DNA of 64,000 bases. It comes from Octopus sinensis. Its lineage: Eukaryota. The notes beneath the pieces were generated by a model. It was not told where the DNA came from and ran no database searches. It saw only the letters and a program-made list of their open reading frames with translations. The translations under genes were made by a program, and so were the position numbers. Shown here piece by piece: positions 11,420 to 24,704 of the stretch. The first letter of the stretch is position 1; every line of letters begins with the position of its first letter. The stretch is taken from the NCBI RefSeq assembly GCF_006345805.1, contig NC_043007.1:41664001-41728000 (forward strand). The letters run 5' to 3'.

Positions 11420-13201
11420 ATAAGCATTTTTGAATTTTATTTTTATTGCAATAAAGAAATTTTCTTTCACTTATGAATTAAAAAAGAACAATGAACAACA
11501 TTATAACAATTTAAAAATACAAACAAACCAAACCTTTTCTGAAAATTAACTTGTCAAAAATTTCTGGTGAGTTAAGTATTTAAAACTATAACAAGTTAAC
11601 AATCACTGCAAGTTGAGTTGATTCTCGAGAGACAGTGACGGGGCAGGGATAAACACTAGACTGGTTGATTCCTAATGCAACTGGACTTCAAAATATAGCA
11701 TAGGATAATGAAACTGGAAGTGTATAAAAGGTGTCTGTTTAGAAATATAATAATATACTTGTTGAGTTATGCTGTACTGAGAACAGGAACAGAAAAATGG
11801 CTTTAAAACTGAGACGTAAGCTAACACTTGTGAACAATATCTAGTCAGATTATCATGAACAAAGAATTCGCTCTCTTGGAGGATCTACGAAATACAAAAT
11901 GCATGCAACATGAGCATATATATTTCTAAAGCACTTTTCAAATTTTTGAAACTTTAGTTTTAAAGCTGACACCATCCAAAATGTGTGAGTAATGTGAAAT
12001 GTCAGTTCAGAGATGACTTAGAAACAAGTAGTATAAGGAACAAAACCATACTTTCAGTGCAGCATGACTAGAAAACTCAACATATCTTCTTTTTGTAAAC
12101 TCTAAACTTAATAGATTAATAATCTAACTTTCTTTTTTAGCCCTTAAGGTGAGATTTAAAATCCCAAAAGAAGATCTTAAGAGCTAAAGATTCTCATTGT
12201 TATATCTTAAATTCCAGTCTCAGTAGCAAAGGTCTCTACTGTCTCTGTAAGCTAATTAACCCTTTTTTTTATTTTTGTATTTGCATCTACACTGAGATGG
12301 TCAAAGCCAGCCATATCCACTAAGATAAGTAAATCATTTAAGAGAAAGAAAATAATGGTTGTACTATACAGAATTTGCAACCAGAGGAATAAAAAAATCT
12401 AAACAGTGACTTACTTGTCAGGAGCAACAAGTACAACAATGGAGGTGATTATTACAGTGGTTGTGTAGGTCAGCTTTTTGATTAACAAACACATGAAAAT
12501 AAATAGCCAAGACCATCAACCACTCACCACTAGTGAAACTACAATTGCCATGCCATTTCATGCCATACCACTCAACCATTACAATGGTAAAGTATACTAG
12601 TTGTTGGGTTTGGAAGAGGAGGAGGAAGATCAAAATTAAAAACTCATGATTTTCTACATATGCCAAGGTTAAAACTAGACTCTTTTGATCAGAATGTAAA
12701 GATTTTTTTTCTGGATTCAAATTAATCATTTAATTATATACACATAAACCAGATATGTGTACACACATACACACCTAAATACATTGATATACACACCAGC
12801 AAATTTCATCTAGACACACAGACACAAGAAAGAGAAATCAAACTCTTATACTAAGACATATACTGTAGATAAGAGCCTGAAACCAAATACTCACACAATA
12901 AATCCCAATGCAGACACACAATACATGTAACACACACACACACCCAGCAGCTAGAAATTTCTCTGTCTGTTTCTCTCTCTCTCACACATACACACACACA
13001 CTGGAAAGAGAGGTGCAGTAGAAGACAATGCCAACCGACATCTACTGAAATCAAAACTGGAATGTGAACTCCACTCTCTCTTGTCCTTTATTCATTCCTT
13101 GCCACCACAACCCAGCTGAAGATAGACAAAAACACAGAGAGAGGAAACTGAAAGATGAGGCAGTGGCATGTACCATCTTTTTTAACAGAGCCCACACCAA
13201 C
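11420..13201 (-). other. ATP6V1D: Probable 3' UTR of ATP6V1D with candidate polyadenylation signals
   Basis: Repeat-poor sequence after the stop codon. AATAAA on the minus strand at 13087-13092 and a tandem pair at 11436-11447. The true transcript end is not determinable from sequence. Confidence 0.4.
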
Positions 13202-13349
13202 TCAGTCAGTAAACAACAAGTCTTCATCATGTTCATCATCCAAGAGGTTAGCAGCTACCTGCATTTCAATTCCTTGTTTCTTCCTTGCTTCTCTAAGTTT
13301 TTCTTTCTCAGCATATATCTTTTTCTTTTTCTCCTGGATTTTCTTCAAC
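13202..13349 (-). CDS. ATP6V1D: V-ATPase subunit D, last coding exon (R-LKKIQEKKKKIYAEKEKLREARKKQGIEMQVAANLLDDEHDEDLLFTD*)
   Basis: ggcAG acceptor, TGA stop at 13204-13202. Exon lengths 35+118+148+45+171+79+148 = 744 nt = 247 aa + stop. Acidic NLL...DEDLLF tail typical of the family. Confidence 0.95.
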
Positions 13350-14222
13350 CTGCCAGTGATGATGGTAGAATGAGAAGAATGAAAGTTAATATGCATTTAT
13401 GTAGAAATAAAGGTAATGATAGAATGTGAGAAAGAGAGAGAGAGTGTAAGAGAGCATTAAAGAGATATGAGGAATGAATGAATGAGTCAGAAGGGAGAGT
13501 GTGAAAAGGGAGCAAAAGTGAGAACAAATATCAGAAAGGGAACTAAACTAAGAGATGTGAATAAGGGATAGATGGAAGGAAAGACTATGAACACTGAAAG
13601 GGGAGAAGAAAAACTACAAATGAATGGAAGGGAAAGTAAAAGGAAGTTTATAAACAAGAGGTGAGATCACAAATGACAAGGTAAGAGAGAAAGGAAGACT
13701 ACAAACAACAGGGGAAGAAAGAGAGATTACAAACAGGTGGGAGAAGAGAGAGACCATGAATGAGAGGAAGAAAAAAGCAAGACAATGAACATGAGTGGAA
13801 AGAGGGACCACAAGCAGAAAATGAAGGAACACTACAAATGATGATGGGGTGCAAAAGATAGCTAATGGGGATAGAAAATAGAGATTGTGAATATGAACAT
13901 GTGAAAGTAACAGAAATTTTGTGCAGGGGTGAAGGCAGAAGATTAGGAGTGAGGCAAAGTGGAGATGAGAGAGACTGTAGCTAACAGTGTGAAGATGAGA
14001 AAGATGAAAAACAGTGTGAAGATGAGAAAGATTGTGAAAGAGAGTTCAGAGCAAAATAGTGGTATGTTCTACCTATAATCTAACAAAATTATTGAAGTGC
14101 TGCACATCAGCAAGAACATTAACAATGAATCTGGCAATAATGAGTGGGGAAAGTGGAAGAGAGAACAGTGTGAGACAACAGAATGAGAGATGTTAAGAAG
14201 GATAAAAGTTTAAAGAACTCAC

Positions 14223-14301
14223 CTATAGAACTCCTCCCTCTCACGTTCATCCAGTTCTCCAGAGATATAACTTAATGTACGTTCAATACGGGGAATGATC
14301 A
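14223..14301 (-). CDS. ATP6V1D: V-ATPase subunit D, exon 6 ([27 protein letters not shown])
   Basis: tttttcAG acceptor, GTGAGT donor, 79 nt. Contains the hallmark [12 protein letters not shown] motif. Confidence 0.97.
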
Positions 14302-15525
14302 CTGAAAAATAGCAAAACATTGAAGAGGGGTTCTTATAATGTTAAAACAGTGACAAGGAGCTCTCACAATGACAAGGATTTCCTACAATGACAAAGCAAT
14401 GATGAGAAGTTCTTGCATTTGCACAAAACCACTGCTATAGCTAATTGAACCAATCCCAGAATAAGTCTGGCACATAGTGAACCCTTGAGTGGGTAAATGG
14501 AATACATAGTTTACCTGGATTGAATTTGGATCTAGAAAAGTAAAAGAACAAAACTAAAAGAATTTGGTCCAGTACTCATCCATTTCATTAATATCCATAA
14601 CAACTTTCACTAGCACAAAGCCTTACATTTGCTAGAAAGGGTTTTAGTTGATATAACTAACCCTAGTACATGGCCAAGGTTTTTAGATTTTGTTACAAGA
14701 GGTCATATATACAAAAAATGAAAATGTCATGACTAGAACACATTTGATCATAGGTCTTGCTCAATCAGAGAAGAACCTAGAGTTCAACAACAAATATTGT
14801 ACAGAATTTAGCCTGATAAGAATACAGGCATGATTGAATAGTTAAGAAGTTTGCTTTGTGATCATGACACAGTTTTCGATCCTATTGCATGATTTGTACA
14901 ATAACCTTGTGAAATTGGGAAGATGGAAACTTCACAAAAAATGGACCAGAATTTTAGGGGAGAGGATTATTCAACTAAATCAACCCCAGTACGTGACTTG
15001 TACTTGCAAATTCTCTATGGCCAGATGCCCTTCTTGTTGCCAACACTCACTTGTTTCCAAGCAAGGTAATATTTGTCCATAGCCTGACATGTTCTCACAG
15101 AATATTGGAAACAAATAACACTGACAATCATTTACAACTATCATGTGATATCAAGACAAGGAGACGCAAATACAATCACACACATATACAATGGGTTTCT
15201 TTCAGTTGCTGCCTATCAAATCCACTCACACGGTTTTGATTGGCCTGGGGCTATAGTAACACTTGCCCAAGGAGCCGTGCTGTAAGACTAAATCTGGAAA
15301 TATGCAACTGAGAAGCAAACTTCTAACCACAAAGCTGTGCCTGTGCTTATTTAATCTGTCATTTAGGTGATGGGCCCCTAATGCACTTCCCAGTTTACCA
15401 CAGTCACCTGATCCTTGGCTGTAGAAAATTTCTTTCCACTGGAAAATACTGGAAAAAAAACCCTCACATCCTGTTTGCTTCCCACCCATATTTCCCTATT
15501 ACCTATCATTTATTTTACTTATAAT

Positions 15526-15758
15526 TATTAAATTCTCAAATGCAGGATAATGCTAATAATATGGTCTGAACAGGATAAGCTACCACTATTTTGCAGAAAA
15601 AAGTGTTGGTGGCCGGTTATGAGACTTGAACTCACAACTCCGTGATTACACATCACGGTGCTCCACTACGTGTAATCACACTTTTTCCTGCAGAATAGGG
15701 GTAGCTTATCCTGTTCAGGCTATATTATTAGCATTATCCTGCATTTGAGAATTTAATA
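15526..15758. mobile_element. MITE-like element: about 80-bp inverted repeats around a 71-nt tRNA-like core
   Basis: Arms 15526-15606 and 15678-15758 are complementary (ttaaattctcaaatgcaggataatgctaataatat..gaacaggataagctac / gtagcttatcctgttc..atattattagcattatcctgcatttgagaatttaa). Ends fit a TA or TTAA target site. Confidence 0.7.
15607..15677 (-). pseudogene. 5'-truncated tRNA-like sequence (Thr UGU-like anticodon loop) ending in CCA
   Basis: Anticodon arm CCGUGA-UGUGUAA-UCACGG, T-arm GUGAG-UUCAAGU-CUCAU (B box intact), 3' AACCGGCCACCA. The 5' acceptor strand is missing and U33 is replaced by G. Confidence 0.45.
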
Positions 15759-15967
15759 TCACTTCTTTAACTTTCTAAGACATCTGAACGCTACTAAAGC
15801 AAACTTCGTTTGTTTGTTTACGTTCATCATAATTTGAATTTATTATTACTATTTCTAAGAGTTGGCAGATTGACAGATTTACTAAAGCATCAGACAAAAT
15901 GTCTTGCAGTATTTAGTTCCAGCCTTTTATATTTTGAGTTACCAAAGAATGCCTGAACAGACCATGT

Positions 15968-17150
15968 TCATCATCATCATCGTTTAACGTCCGTTTTCTG
16001 CGCTAGCATGGGTTGGACAGTTCGACCGGGGTCTGGGAAGCCAGGGGCTGCACCAGGCTCCAGTCTGATCTGGCAGTGTTTCTACAGCTGGATTCCCTTC
16101 CTAACGCCAACCACTCCGCGAGTGTAGTGGGTGCTTTTTACGTGCCACCTGCACAGGTGGCAGGGGAGTCTGGCATCGGCCACGATCGGTTGGTGCTTTT
16201 AACGTGCCACTGGCATGGAAGCCAGCCAAGGCGGCGCTGGCATCAGCCACGTTCAGATGGTGCTTTTTATGTGCCACCGGCACAGAAGCAAGTCAAGGCG
16301 GCGCTGGCATTGGCCACGTTCGGATGGTGCTTTTTGTGTGCCACCGGCACAGGTATCACAACTACTATTTCCATTGATATTTATTTCGATGTTCATGTAC
16401 TTGACTCAACAGGTCTCCTCAAGCACAGCGGGATGTTCTGGAATCCAAGGTACTTTGAATGGGCAGGGGCTATGCGGAACTGGTGCAGGAAGCAGCCCGG
16501 GTCTTTGCAGTCACAGCATATCTCCAGAGATCTCGGTCCTTCGCCATTGCCTCAGTGAGGCCCAACACTCTGAGGTCATGCTTGACTACCTCATCCCATG
16601 TCTTCCTGGGTCTACCTCTTCCCCTGATACCTTCAACTGTTTGGGAGTGGCACTTCTTCACACATCTCTCCTCATCCATCCGCAGTACATGACCATACCA
16701 TCACAAGCATCGCTCTTGCACACCACATCTGATGCTTCTTATGTCCAGCATTTCTCTCAGGCTGCTTAACCTCTGTTGTGCGCGCACACTGACATTACAC
16801 ATCCAGTGGATCATGCTAGCTTCATTCCTTTCAAGTATACGCATGTCCTCTGCAGTCACAGCCCATGTTTCACTACTGTGAAGCATGGCAGTTCGCACAC
16901 ATGCGTCATACAATCTACCTTTCACTTTGAGCGAGAGACCCTTTGTCGCCAGTAGGGGTAGGAGCTTTCTGAACTTTGCCCAGGCTATTCGTATTCTAGT
17001 GGTGACACTCTCTGAGCATCCACCTCCACTACTAACTTGGTCACCCAGGTAGCGGAAACTATCAACTACTTCTAGTTTCTCCCCCTGGAGTGTGATGGAA
17101 TCTGTTTTCTGAGTATCTGTGGTGTCTATTGTCCCTGTTGTTACCATCAT
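15968..17150 (-). mobile_element. 5'-truncated RTE-clade LINE (C-terminal RT region, 3' UTR with tandem repeats, (GAT)n tail)
   Basis: ORF 16701-17150 (VDSFRYLGD, RIAWAKF, YDACVRTAMLH.SETW) and 16470-16679 (RGRGRPRKTW). Homologous to 18962-21625. Confidence 0.85.
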
Positions 17151-17898
17151 TTAATGTGTACCATGGGTAGGACGGTTTAACAGAAGCTGGCATACCTGAA
17201 GACTATGCAAAGCTGTACTATCTGCTTTGGCATGGTTTCTACAGCTGGATGCCTTTCCTAATGCCAACGAATTTACAGATTGGATTGCGTTCTTTTTATG
17301 TGGCATCAGCACCAAAATTAACTTATTAAAATAAAAATGTGTTTCAAGAATAAGCCTTGGAAGAATCCATCCATCACCAGGCTATTGACAATAACCAGAA
17401 CATCGCAAAAGTATTGAGAAAAGAAGCAAGAGAAAAACATAAGTGGTGTGAGTGACAACAATTGTAGCAGTAAGAACAACACAACAGCACAAAGAGGAAC
17501 AATGGCAGCCAGAATAATATAATACCAGCAAAAACAACAACAGCAATAAAAACAACAATAATTGCAGTGAGAACAGCAGCAGCAATAGCTGTTCAAGAAA
17601 TTGGACCTGGAGATCTCCATTTCCAGCGACTTTGAAAGCCACCTCCCAATGGTGTCGAGCGTCAACGAAGAGCCCTCGACTACAACAAGATGACCAAAGG
17701 GTTTTTTTTTTCCCAAGGTCTGGGGTCTCCCGCCCCTAAGCCCTAGACCATCACCTAATCCCCCTTACCCATCTTGTTGCTTAACAACAACAACAACAGC
17801 AGTAGCAATAAAGAAAACAACTCAACAACTGCAATAAGAAGAACATATAAACAACATGACAATAACTCAGCATTGACAACAACAAAATTTCAGCTCAC

Positions 17899-18069
17899 CA
17901 TGTTCGATGGCATTGACTCTTCTGTTGGTCAGTTTGATGACTTCATCCAATGTAACAAAGGACGTCTGCAATGAAGCCAGCTCAACAAGATGCTGTACAG
18001 CTTTGGCATAATTTTTCTTCAGTTTGTCAATCTGCTGGCCACCACGTGACAGTCCAGTCAGTTCATTGG
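17899..18069 (-). CDS. ATP6V1D: V-ATPase subunit D, exon 5 (NELTGLSRGGQQIDKLKKNYAKAVQHLVELASLQTSFVTLDEVIKLTNRRVNAIEH)
   Basis: ctctttccAG acceptor, GTGAG donor, 171 nt. Contains the hallmark LASLQTSF..LDE.IK.TNRRVNAIEH motif. Confidence 0.97.
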
Positions 18070-18961
18070 CTGGAAAGAGAAAAGATCATGGGTCACACAA
18101 AGGAAACATATGACCAGAAGTTGTGTAGGTGTAAACATGTAAAGATGTGTATATGTACAAATGCTTCTATGTATGCTTGCATACATACAGATACAAGTAA
18201 AAGAGTGTGGGGTGGTGGAAGGATATGTTGCATAACTTCCATGATCTTTGCACATGTTTTCAAGCTAGTGGGACTAATGTGGCAGTAGTTCAGTTGGTAA
18301 TTCTGTAGGTTGTTGATAGCTGAAGCAAAAATATGGGCCAAAAGTGAACTTGCAAGGACTGTGGCTCCAGGAAAGAAGCATTGGGTACACACACGTATGT
18401 ACGTACATACACACACACATGATGACAAGTGGAGGAAAGAAGGGGGGCATCTAGAGCTCTTAGGAGATACAAGTAGTATGTAGCTCGTTAGTTGGAGAAG
18501 CTAAAGATACAAAGCCAGGAAACCTGTGTGTATGTGTGATCTAATTCATGTTTGTAGCTAGTTGATGAAATATCTTTACCAATCAGTAACATGGCCTTTA
18601 GCGGAGTGGGGTGATGATAAATATACATAAGAATGTAGCATCATCCCAGCCAGTGATTTAAGCATTATTTTAATATCAGTCTCTCATCACGGCTGAAATG
18701 TTTTCTTACTCTAATAAGCTTTCTTTCTTTCTTTTTTTTTATGGCTTCAACAGACAATGAAGGCCAGTGCACATGATGACTTTTTACAGGTGCAGTTGGA
18801 AGAAAGGGGAAAATTATCCACAGACTGTAAACCCGGTTTGAATGTTAGCAACAGAGTGAGCTCCTCTAAAGTTACTACAAGGCTCAGAAGATGGTGTTAA
18901 ACTGGATGACAGATTAAGTACTCCCCCACCACTACACTGCTGAGAATACTATGACCATATT

Positions 18962-21625
18962 ATCATCATCATCATCATTTAGTGTCTGCTTTCCATGCTA
19001 GCATGGGTTGGACGGTTCAACTGGGGTCTGGGAAGCCAGAAGCCTGCACCAGGCCCAGTCTGATCTGGCAATGTTTCTACGGCTGGATGCCCTTCCTAAC
19101 GCCAACCACTCCGTGAGTGTAGTGGGTGCTTTTTACGTGCCAGACGGGGCTGGCAATGGCCACGGTCGGATGGTGCTTTTTACATGCCACCAGCACGGGG
19201 GCCAGGTGAGGCTGGCAATGGCCACAATCGGATGGTGCTTTTTACATGCCACCGGCACGGAGGCCCGTCGGGGTTGCGCTGGCAACGGCCACATTCGGAT
19301 GGTCCGCTTACTTGCCACCGGCACTGGTATCACAGCTGCAATTTCCATTGATGTTGATGGATTTCGATTTTGATTTCGATTTCCACTTGCCTCAACAGGT
19401 CTTCACAAGTAGAGTTTTGTGTCTCAAGAAGGAAAGGTATGCATAAGTGGACTGGCTACATCCCAGGTAGAGGCCATGGGTTATGGTCTCACTTGTCCTG
19501 CCGGGTCTTCTCACGCACAGCATACTTCCACAGGTTTCGGTCTCTAGTCATTTCCTTTGGTGAGACCTAAAGTTCAGAGGTCGTGCTTCACCACCTCGTC
19601 CCAGGTTTTCCTGGGTCTACCTCTTCCACAGGTTCCCTCAACCGCTAGGGTGTGGCACTTTTTCACACAACTATCTTCAGCCATTCTCGTCACATGACCA
19701 TACCAGCGCAAACGTCTCTCTTGCACACCACAACTGATGCTTCTTAGGTCCAACTTTTCTCTCAAGGTACTTACACTCTGTCGAGTATGAACACTGACAT
19801 TACACATCCATCGGAGCATACTGGCTTCATTTCTTGCGAGCTTACGCATATCCTCAGCAGTCACGGCCCATGTTTCACTACCATGTAGCATGGCTGTTCG
19901 TACACATGCATCATACAGTCTGCCTTTTACTCTGAGCGAGAGGCCTTTTGTCACCAGCAGGGGTAAGAGCTCTCTGAACTTTGCCCAGGCTATTCTTACT
20001 CTAGCAGTTACACTTTCAGCACACCCACCCCCGCTACTGACTTGGTCACCTAGGTAACGGAAGCTATCAACTATTTCTAGGTTTTCTCCCTGGAATGTGG
20101 TGGAAGTTGGTCTCTTCACATTTTCAGTGTTTATTGCTCCTGAGCATCTGCCACATACAAAAACTATTTTCCTAGCTAGCCTTCCTTTGACATTGCTGCA
20201 CCTCTTATTTGTCCATAGCTTACACTTGGTGCATCTTATAGAGTTTCTACCTACGCCTTTTCTACAGATCAAGCAGGGCCATCTACCTGAAGGCGTTTGT
20301 GATTTGTCTACCTTCCTACTTATTAGGACTTTGGTTTTAGCTAGGTTGACTCTAAGGCCCTTCGATTCTAATCCTTGCTTCCACACCTGAAACTTCTCAT
20401 CCAGTTCTGATAGTGACTCAGCAATTAGAGCAAGGTCATCAGCATAGAGGAGCTCCCAGGGGCATCCTGTCTTAAATTCCTCCGTTATTGCCTGGAGGAC
20501 TATGATAAATAGGAGGGGACTGAACCTTGGTGGACCCCAACCTCTACCTGGAATTCTTCACTGTACTCGTTGCCAACCCTCACCTTACTAGCAGCGTCCC
20601 TGTACATGGCTCGCACAGCTCTCACTAACCATTCACCTATCCCTAGTTTCCTCATTGACCACCAGATAAGGAATTGGGAGACCCTGTCGAAGGCTTTCTC
20701 CATGTCAACAAAAGCCAGGTACAGGGGCTTATCTTTGGTTAGGTATTTCTCCTGCAGCTGTCTTACCAGGAATATAGCATCAGTAGTACTTTTCCCTGGC
20801 ACGAACCCAAACTGCATCTCATCTAAACTGACTCTCTCTCTAATTAGTTGGGCTATGACCCTCTCCGTAACCTTCATTACCTGATCCAGCAGCTTGATAC
20901 CCCTTTAGTTATTTGTATCTAGGGCGTCACCTTTACCTTTGTAGCAGTTAACTATTATGCTGCTACACCAGTCATTGGGAATGACTCCTTCGTGAATCAC
21001 CTGGTTAACTATACGGGTGACTAGGCTATAGCCAACACTACCAGATATTTTGAGCATCTCTGCAGTAATTCCTGATGGGCCTGGGGCTTTCCCTGTCTTC
21101 ATGCTTCTAATTGCCTTATCTACCAAGGAACTGTCAACTCGGATAGCTGGCCTCTCTGTTGGGTCGACATTCAGCAGACTCTCTTTATCCAATTCATTTT
21201 CTTTATTCAGCAACCTTTCATAGTGGCGTCTCCAAACCTCTCTCTTTGCATCCTCATTTAGCGCAAATGAACCATCATCCATGCGAACACATTTCTCTCC
21301 TACCACATCACGATTCTCTCTCACACACTGTCTTGCAACATGAAATACCTCAAGTCTTTCATCCTCACGGCGCAGAACATTGGCAAATTTTTTCTTATCT
21401 GCTTCTCCTCTGGCTAAATACACCTGCTTCCTAGCTTCCCTTTTGGCAGTCTGATACACTTCCCTGCTACCACTGTTCTTCCAGTCCTTCCAAGCCTGTT
21501 TCCTTTTTCTAATAGTACTGTCAACAACATTGTTCCACCACCACGTTATTTTGGGTCTAAAGGGGACTTTGCACCAACCACAGATCTGGTCAGTGGCTCT
21601 CAGCAGGTTGTCCCTTAGAAACCTC
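18962..21625 (-). mobile_element. 5'-truncated, frameshifted RTE-clade LINE
   Basis: RT motifs across ORFs 20905-21459, 20500-20877 (QFGFVPGKSTTDAIF, FVDMEKAFDRV, GVHQGSV) and 19574-20386 (NLAKTKVL, YLGD, RGRPRKTW); YADD visible near 20440. 3' UTR with about 60-bp tandem repeats and (GAT)n tail. Lies in ATP6V1D intron 4. Confidence 0.9.
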
Positions 21626-21719
21626 CAGTTGATTTATGATATTGTATGGTTCACCATGAAAGCTCAGCTGAGACTGAAACTAACAATTATAGTGACTAAG
21701 GGTTTGTTTTTTATTTAAT

Positions 21720-22350
21720 AGGGTACTGATCATATGTAAGGATGATGCAATGTTCCAAAACAGTTCCCTTGTTATGTGAAGTAAGAATTAAGTTTTGGTG
21801 CTCTTGAAAGTAAGATCCTCATGATGTGTCCACTGAAAATAAATCCAATGTCTTTGTATATGAAGGCAGTGTAACTCTGACATGGACTATTCAAATTGCA
21901 TGCGAGTGGAGGTGAATGTGAATAAGAATAATTCTTAGAAGTTACAGTGGAAGGGTCCTTAATGTATAGAAGGAAAAGTGTGATATACAGAACTGAACCC
22001 AGAATGTAAGGTTTATAGAATGTAGGATAGAGAGAGCTTTGTCAATACATATTGCAACAGAGTAGTGTTAAATGAAATTTTTGGCTCAAGTGATGAGATG
22101 TACATGGAGCCCATATCTGGTCAATTTAGCTAACAAGTTCTCATGTTAAATAGGTTTAAGGAAACTATATTACTATAGAGATTACAGGTGTATGATAAAG
22201 CAGGTGAGGATTTGGTTACAAAAACAGTAATGATGGTTACTGAAAAAAAAGAAAAAAAAAAAAAGAGAGACTCAAAAATCTAAAAGATGTAGTCGTTCAC
22301 AACTATCTCCATCACCTTTGATACATTGGAAGTGAGAACAATAGGTGGGT
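21720..22350 (-). mobile_element. Old CR1/L2-like RT fragment
   Basis: Degenerate PIVLTSNVSKVME and GSVL..TLFLLYIKD motifs. Confidence 0.45.
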
Positions 22351-22425
22351 ATCTGGTAAGTGGCAAAAAAAAAAATTTTGTGTGATATGTAATGATGATG
22401 AGGGTGAAGTAAAAAGTATACTTAC

Positions 22426-22470
22426 TGTCAGTTCCATCTTGGTAATGCTCAAAGATTGGTAATGTCACAC
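22426..22470 (-). CDS. ATP6V1D: V-ATPase subunit D, exon 4 (G-VTLPIFEHYQDGTD-T)
   Basis: ttacAG acceptor, GTAAGT donor, 45 nt. Phase 1-1 fits the neighbouring exons. Confidence 0.95.
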
Positions 22471-24556
22471 CTGTAATGGAAATTTACTTAATTATTGAAA
22501 GGGTCAATAAAATTTGGTGGACAGTATCATGATCATGATGATTTGGTGGACAGTATCATGATCATGATGATTACTATGGTAATGATGATGATGTTAACAA
22601 GGCAATTACAAAGACAGTCAACCAAATATTGGCACCTTGCCATCCCCAACAACATCAATAAAATACCTATATCCACTGATGGTTGAGATCTTTTCTGGTA
22701 ACACAGATTTCAACAAAGGCATGCCTCACAACAAATATAAATGCAATACCTGTTGATGAAGAAACCTCTATGTGGCCATTTGACCAGTTAAAAAGTAGCA
22801 GTCAAACACCCTTCAAATTACACCCTACAGTCTTAAAGAAAACACACAGGATAATGAAGCCCTAGAAATATCTCTAAAAAGATCATTGAGAATCACATCT
22901 AGAATGCCTTTGGCCAATAACAATCGGCAGCCAGAAACTCTGGACATCAACAGTGGGGATAGAGGTTAAGACTTTGGATGCAGCTAGTGTTAGGAGATGA
23001 CAGAACTGATAATGGATGGTGATGACAATTGTGGTTGTGATGGTAATGATGATTGTAATGATAATGGTGATGATGATGATAGTTGTGACAATGGTGGTGG
23101 TGGTAATGAAAGCTAAAAGAACACATTATCTAATATATTCTTCTTAAACCAATAGGGTGTATTTGAGGGTGATTTAGCTGCTATTTTGACTGTGTTGCAT
23201 TGACACCACTTGAGCAACAGTGATATTTAGTTATGGCCTGCTGCTCAGTGGTTTCACATGTTAAAGATTGGGCAGTGTTGGCACGAGAAAGGGCATTCAG
23301 CCATAGAATACAACCTCAAGAAGTTTCATCCAATCCATGCCAGTTTGGAATGAGCAGAGGTTAATGATGATGATGATGAAGAGCATCTTATTTGGTGGTA
23401 AGATTTGTCTCTTCACTCTTACACCACAGAATCCAGGATGAAATCAATTCACAACCACCACAGGCCTATGTGGATATATGTACTTCATTAAAATGATAAT
23501 AATGATGTCACAGAAGACGATAATGACACCATTAGGTTCTTTCTTTTTTCTTTTACAATTTAAACATTAAGGCAATGATAATATAACAAAACATTCCTCA
23601 CCCCCACCCACACAGCAACATCATAAAAACTAAACAGGTTACAACAACAATGAGCATTTCTAATTTTCGATGGTGTAAGCAGTCTATTAAATCAGTGGAG
23701 TTGATGGAATAAATACCAGTTGTTGACTGGTTTTTATTCCATCAACTTCCATTGCCTTGCAGAAAGACAAAAGGTAAAGTTGATTCTGATAAGATTCAAA
23801 CTTAGAAAATATAGTCACATTACAAAATACTGTAAGGTATTCTACCAAATGCTCTCATTTTTGCCAATCCACTGCCTTAAATACAATAATAATAATAATA
23901 ATTTAACATCTGCTTTCCATGCTGGCATGGGTTGGCTGGTTTGACCAAATCTGACAAGCTGAAGAGTTGGATCAGGTTCCAGTCTGCATTGGCTTGGTCT
24001 CAACAGCTGAATGCCCTTCCTAACATCAACCACTTCACAGATGTGCTGAGTATTGTTTATGTGGCACCAGCACAAGTGCTTTATGCATGGCCTGGCATGA
24101 GTGCTTTTTATGTGGTTAATAATTCTTTCTGATTTTTGGCACAGGGCCAGCAATTTTGAGGGAGTGGGGAAGTTGATTACATCAACCCCAGTGCTTAACT
24201 GGTATTTATTTTATCAACCCTGAAAGAGCGAAAAGCAAAGCTGATCTCAACAAGATTTGAACTCAGAACATAAAGCTGGAAAAATGTCACTCAGCATTTT
24301 GTGAGGGATGCTAATAATTCTGCTGGTGCAGCCTTCGGGCTCCCCAGACCCCAGTTGAACCATCCAACCCATGCTAGCATGGAAAGCGGACGTTAAACGA
24401 TGATGATGATGATGATGATGATGATGCCAATTTCCAGATTGCTTCTCAACTAACAATCATCACCTGGCAAGCCATTGAAAGTGAACAACAATCCACCAAT
24501 CTCCTTGTCAGACCACCCACTACCACCAATGTAGTTCAAGACTTATACATACTCAC

Positions 24557-24704
24557 CAGCAACATTCTCTTTTTTAGACCGCACCTTGATCTGGGCCTTG
24601 TTAACATTCTGTAGGACAATATGATTGAAATCACCAGTGGTAAACTTGGCTTCAGCTAAGGAAAATGTTGCTTCTTTCATTATATCTCCCATTAACATCT
24701 TGGT
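24557..24704 (-). CDS. ATP6V1D: V-ATPase subunit D, exon 3 (TKMLMGDIMKEATFSLAEAKFTTGDFNHIVLQNVNKAQIKVRSKKENVA-G)
   Basis: atccAG acceptor, GTGAGT donor, 148 nt. Contains the FSLAEAKF and ENVAG motifs. Confidence 0.96.

Noticed and set aside
12418-12729. 103-aa ORF downstream of ATP6V1D
   Set aside because: Lies in the probable 3' UTR, with low-complexity composition and no family motif.
17590-17700. Short plus-strand coding-like stretch (FKKLDLEISISSDFESHLPMV...)
   Set aside because: About 35 codons between (CAA)n-rich low-complexity tracts, with no start, splice sites or known motif.
18093-18428. 111-aa minus-strand ORF in ATP6V1D intron 4 as a nested gene
   Set aside because: No recognisable motif, no convincing splice sites, and it includes (CA)n-derived sequence.
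16100-19330. Regularly spaced repeats in RTE 3' UTRs and the 61868-61970 array as CRISPR-like arrays
   Set aside because: These are tandem units without unique spacers, in a eukaryotic context with no cas genes.
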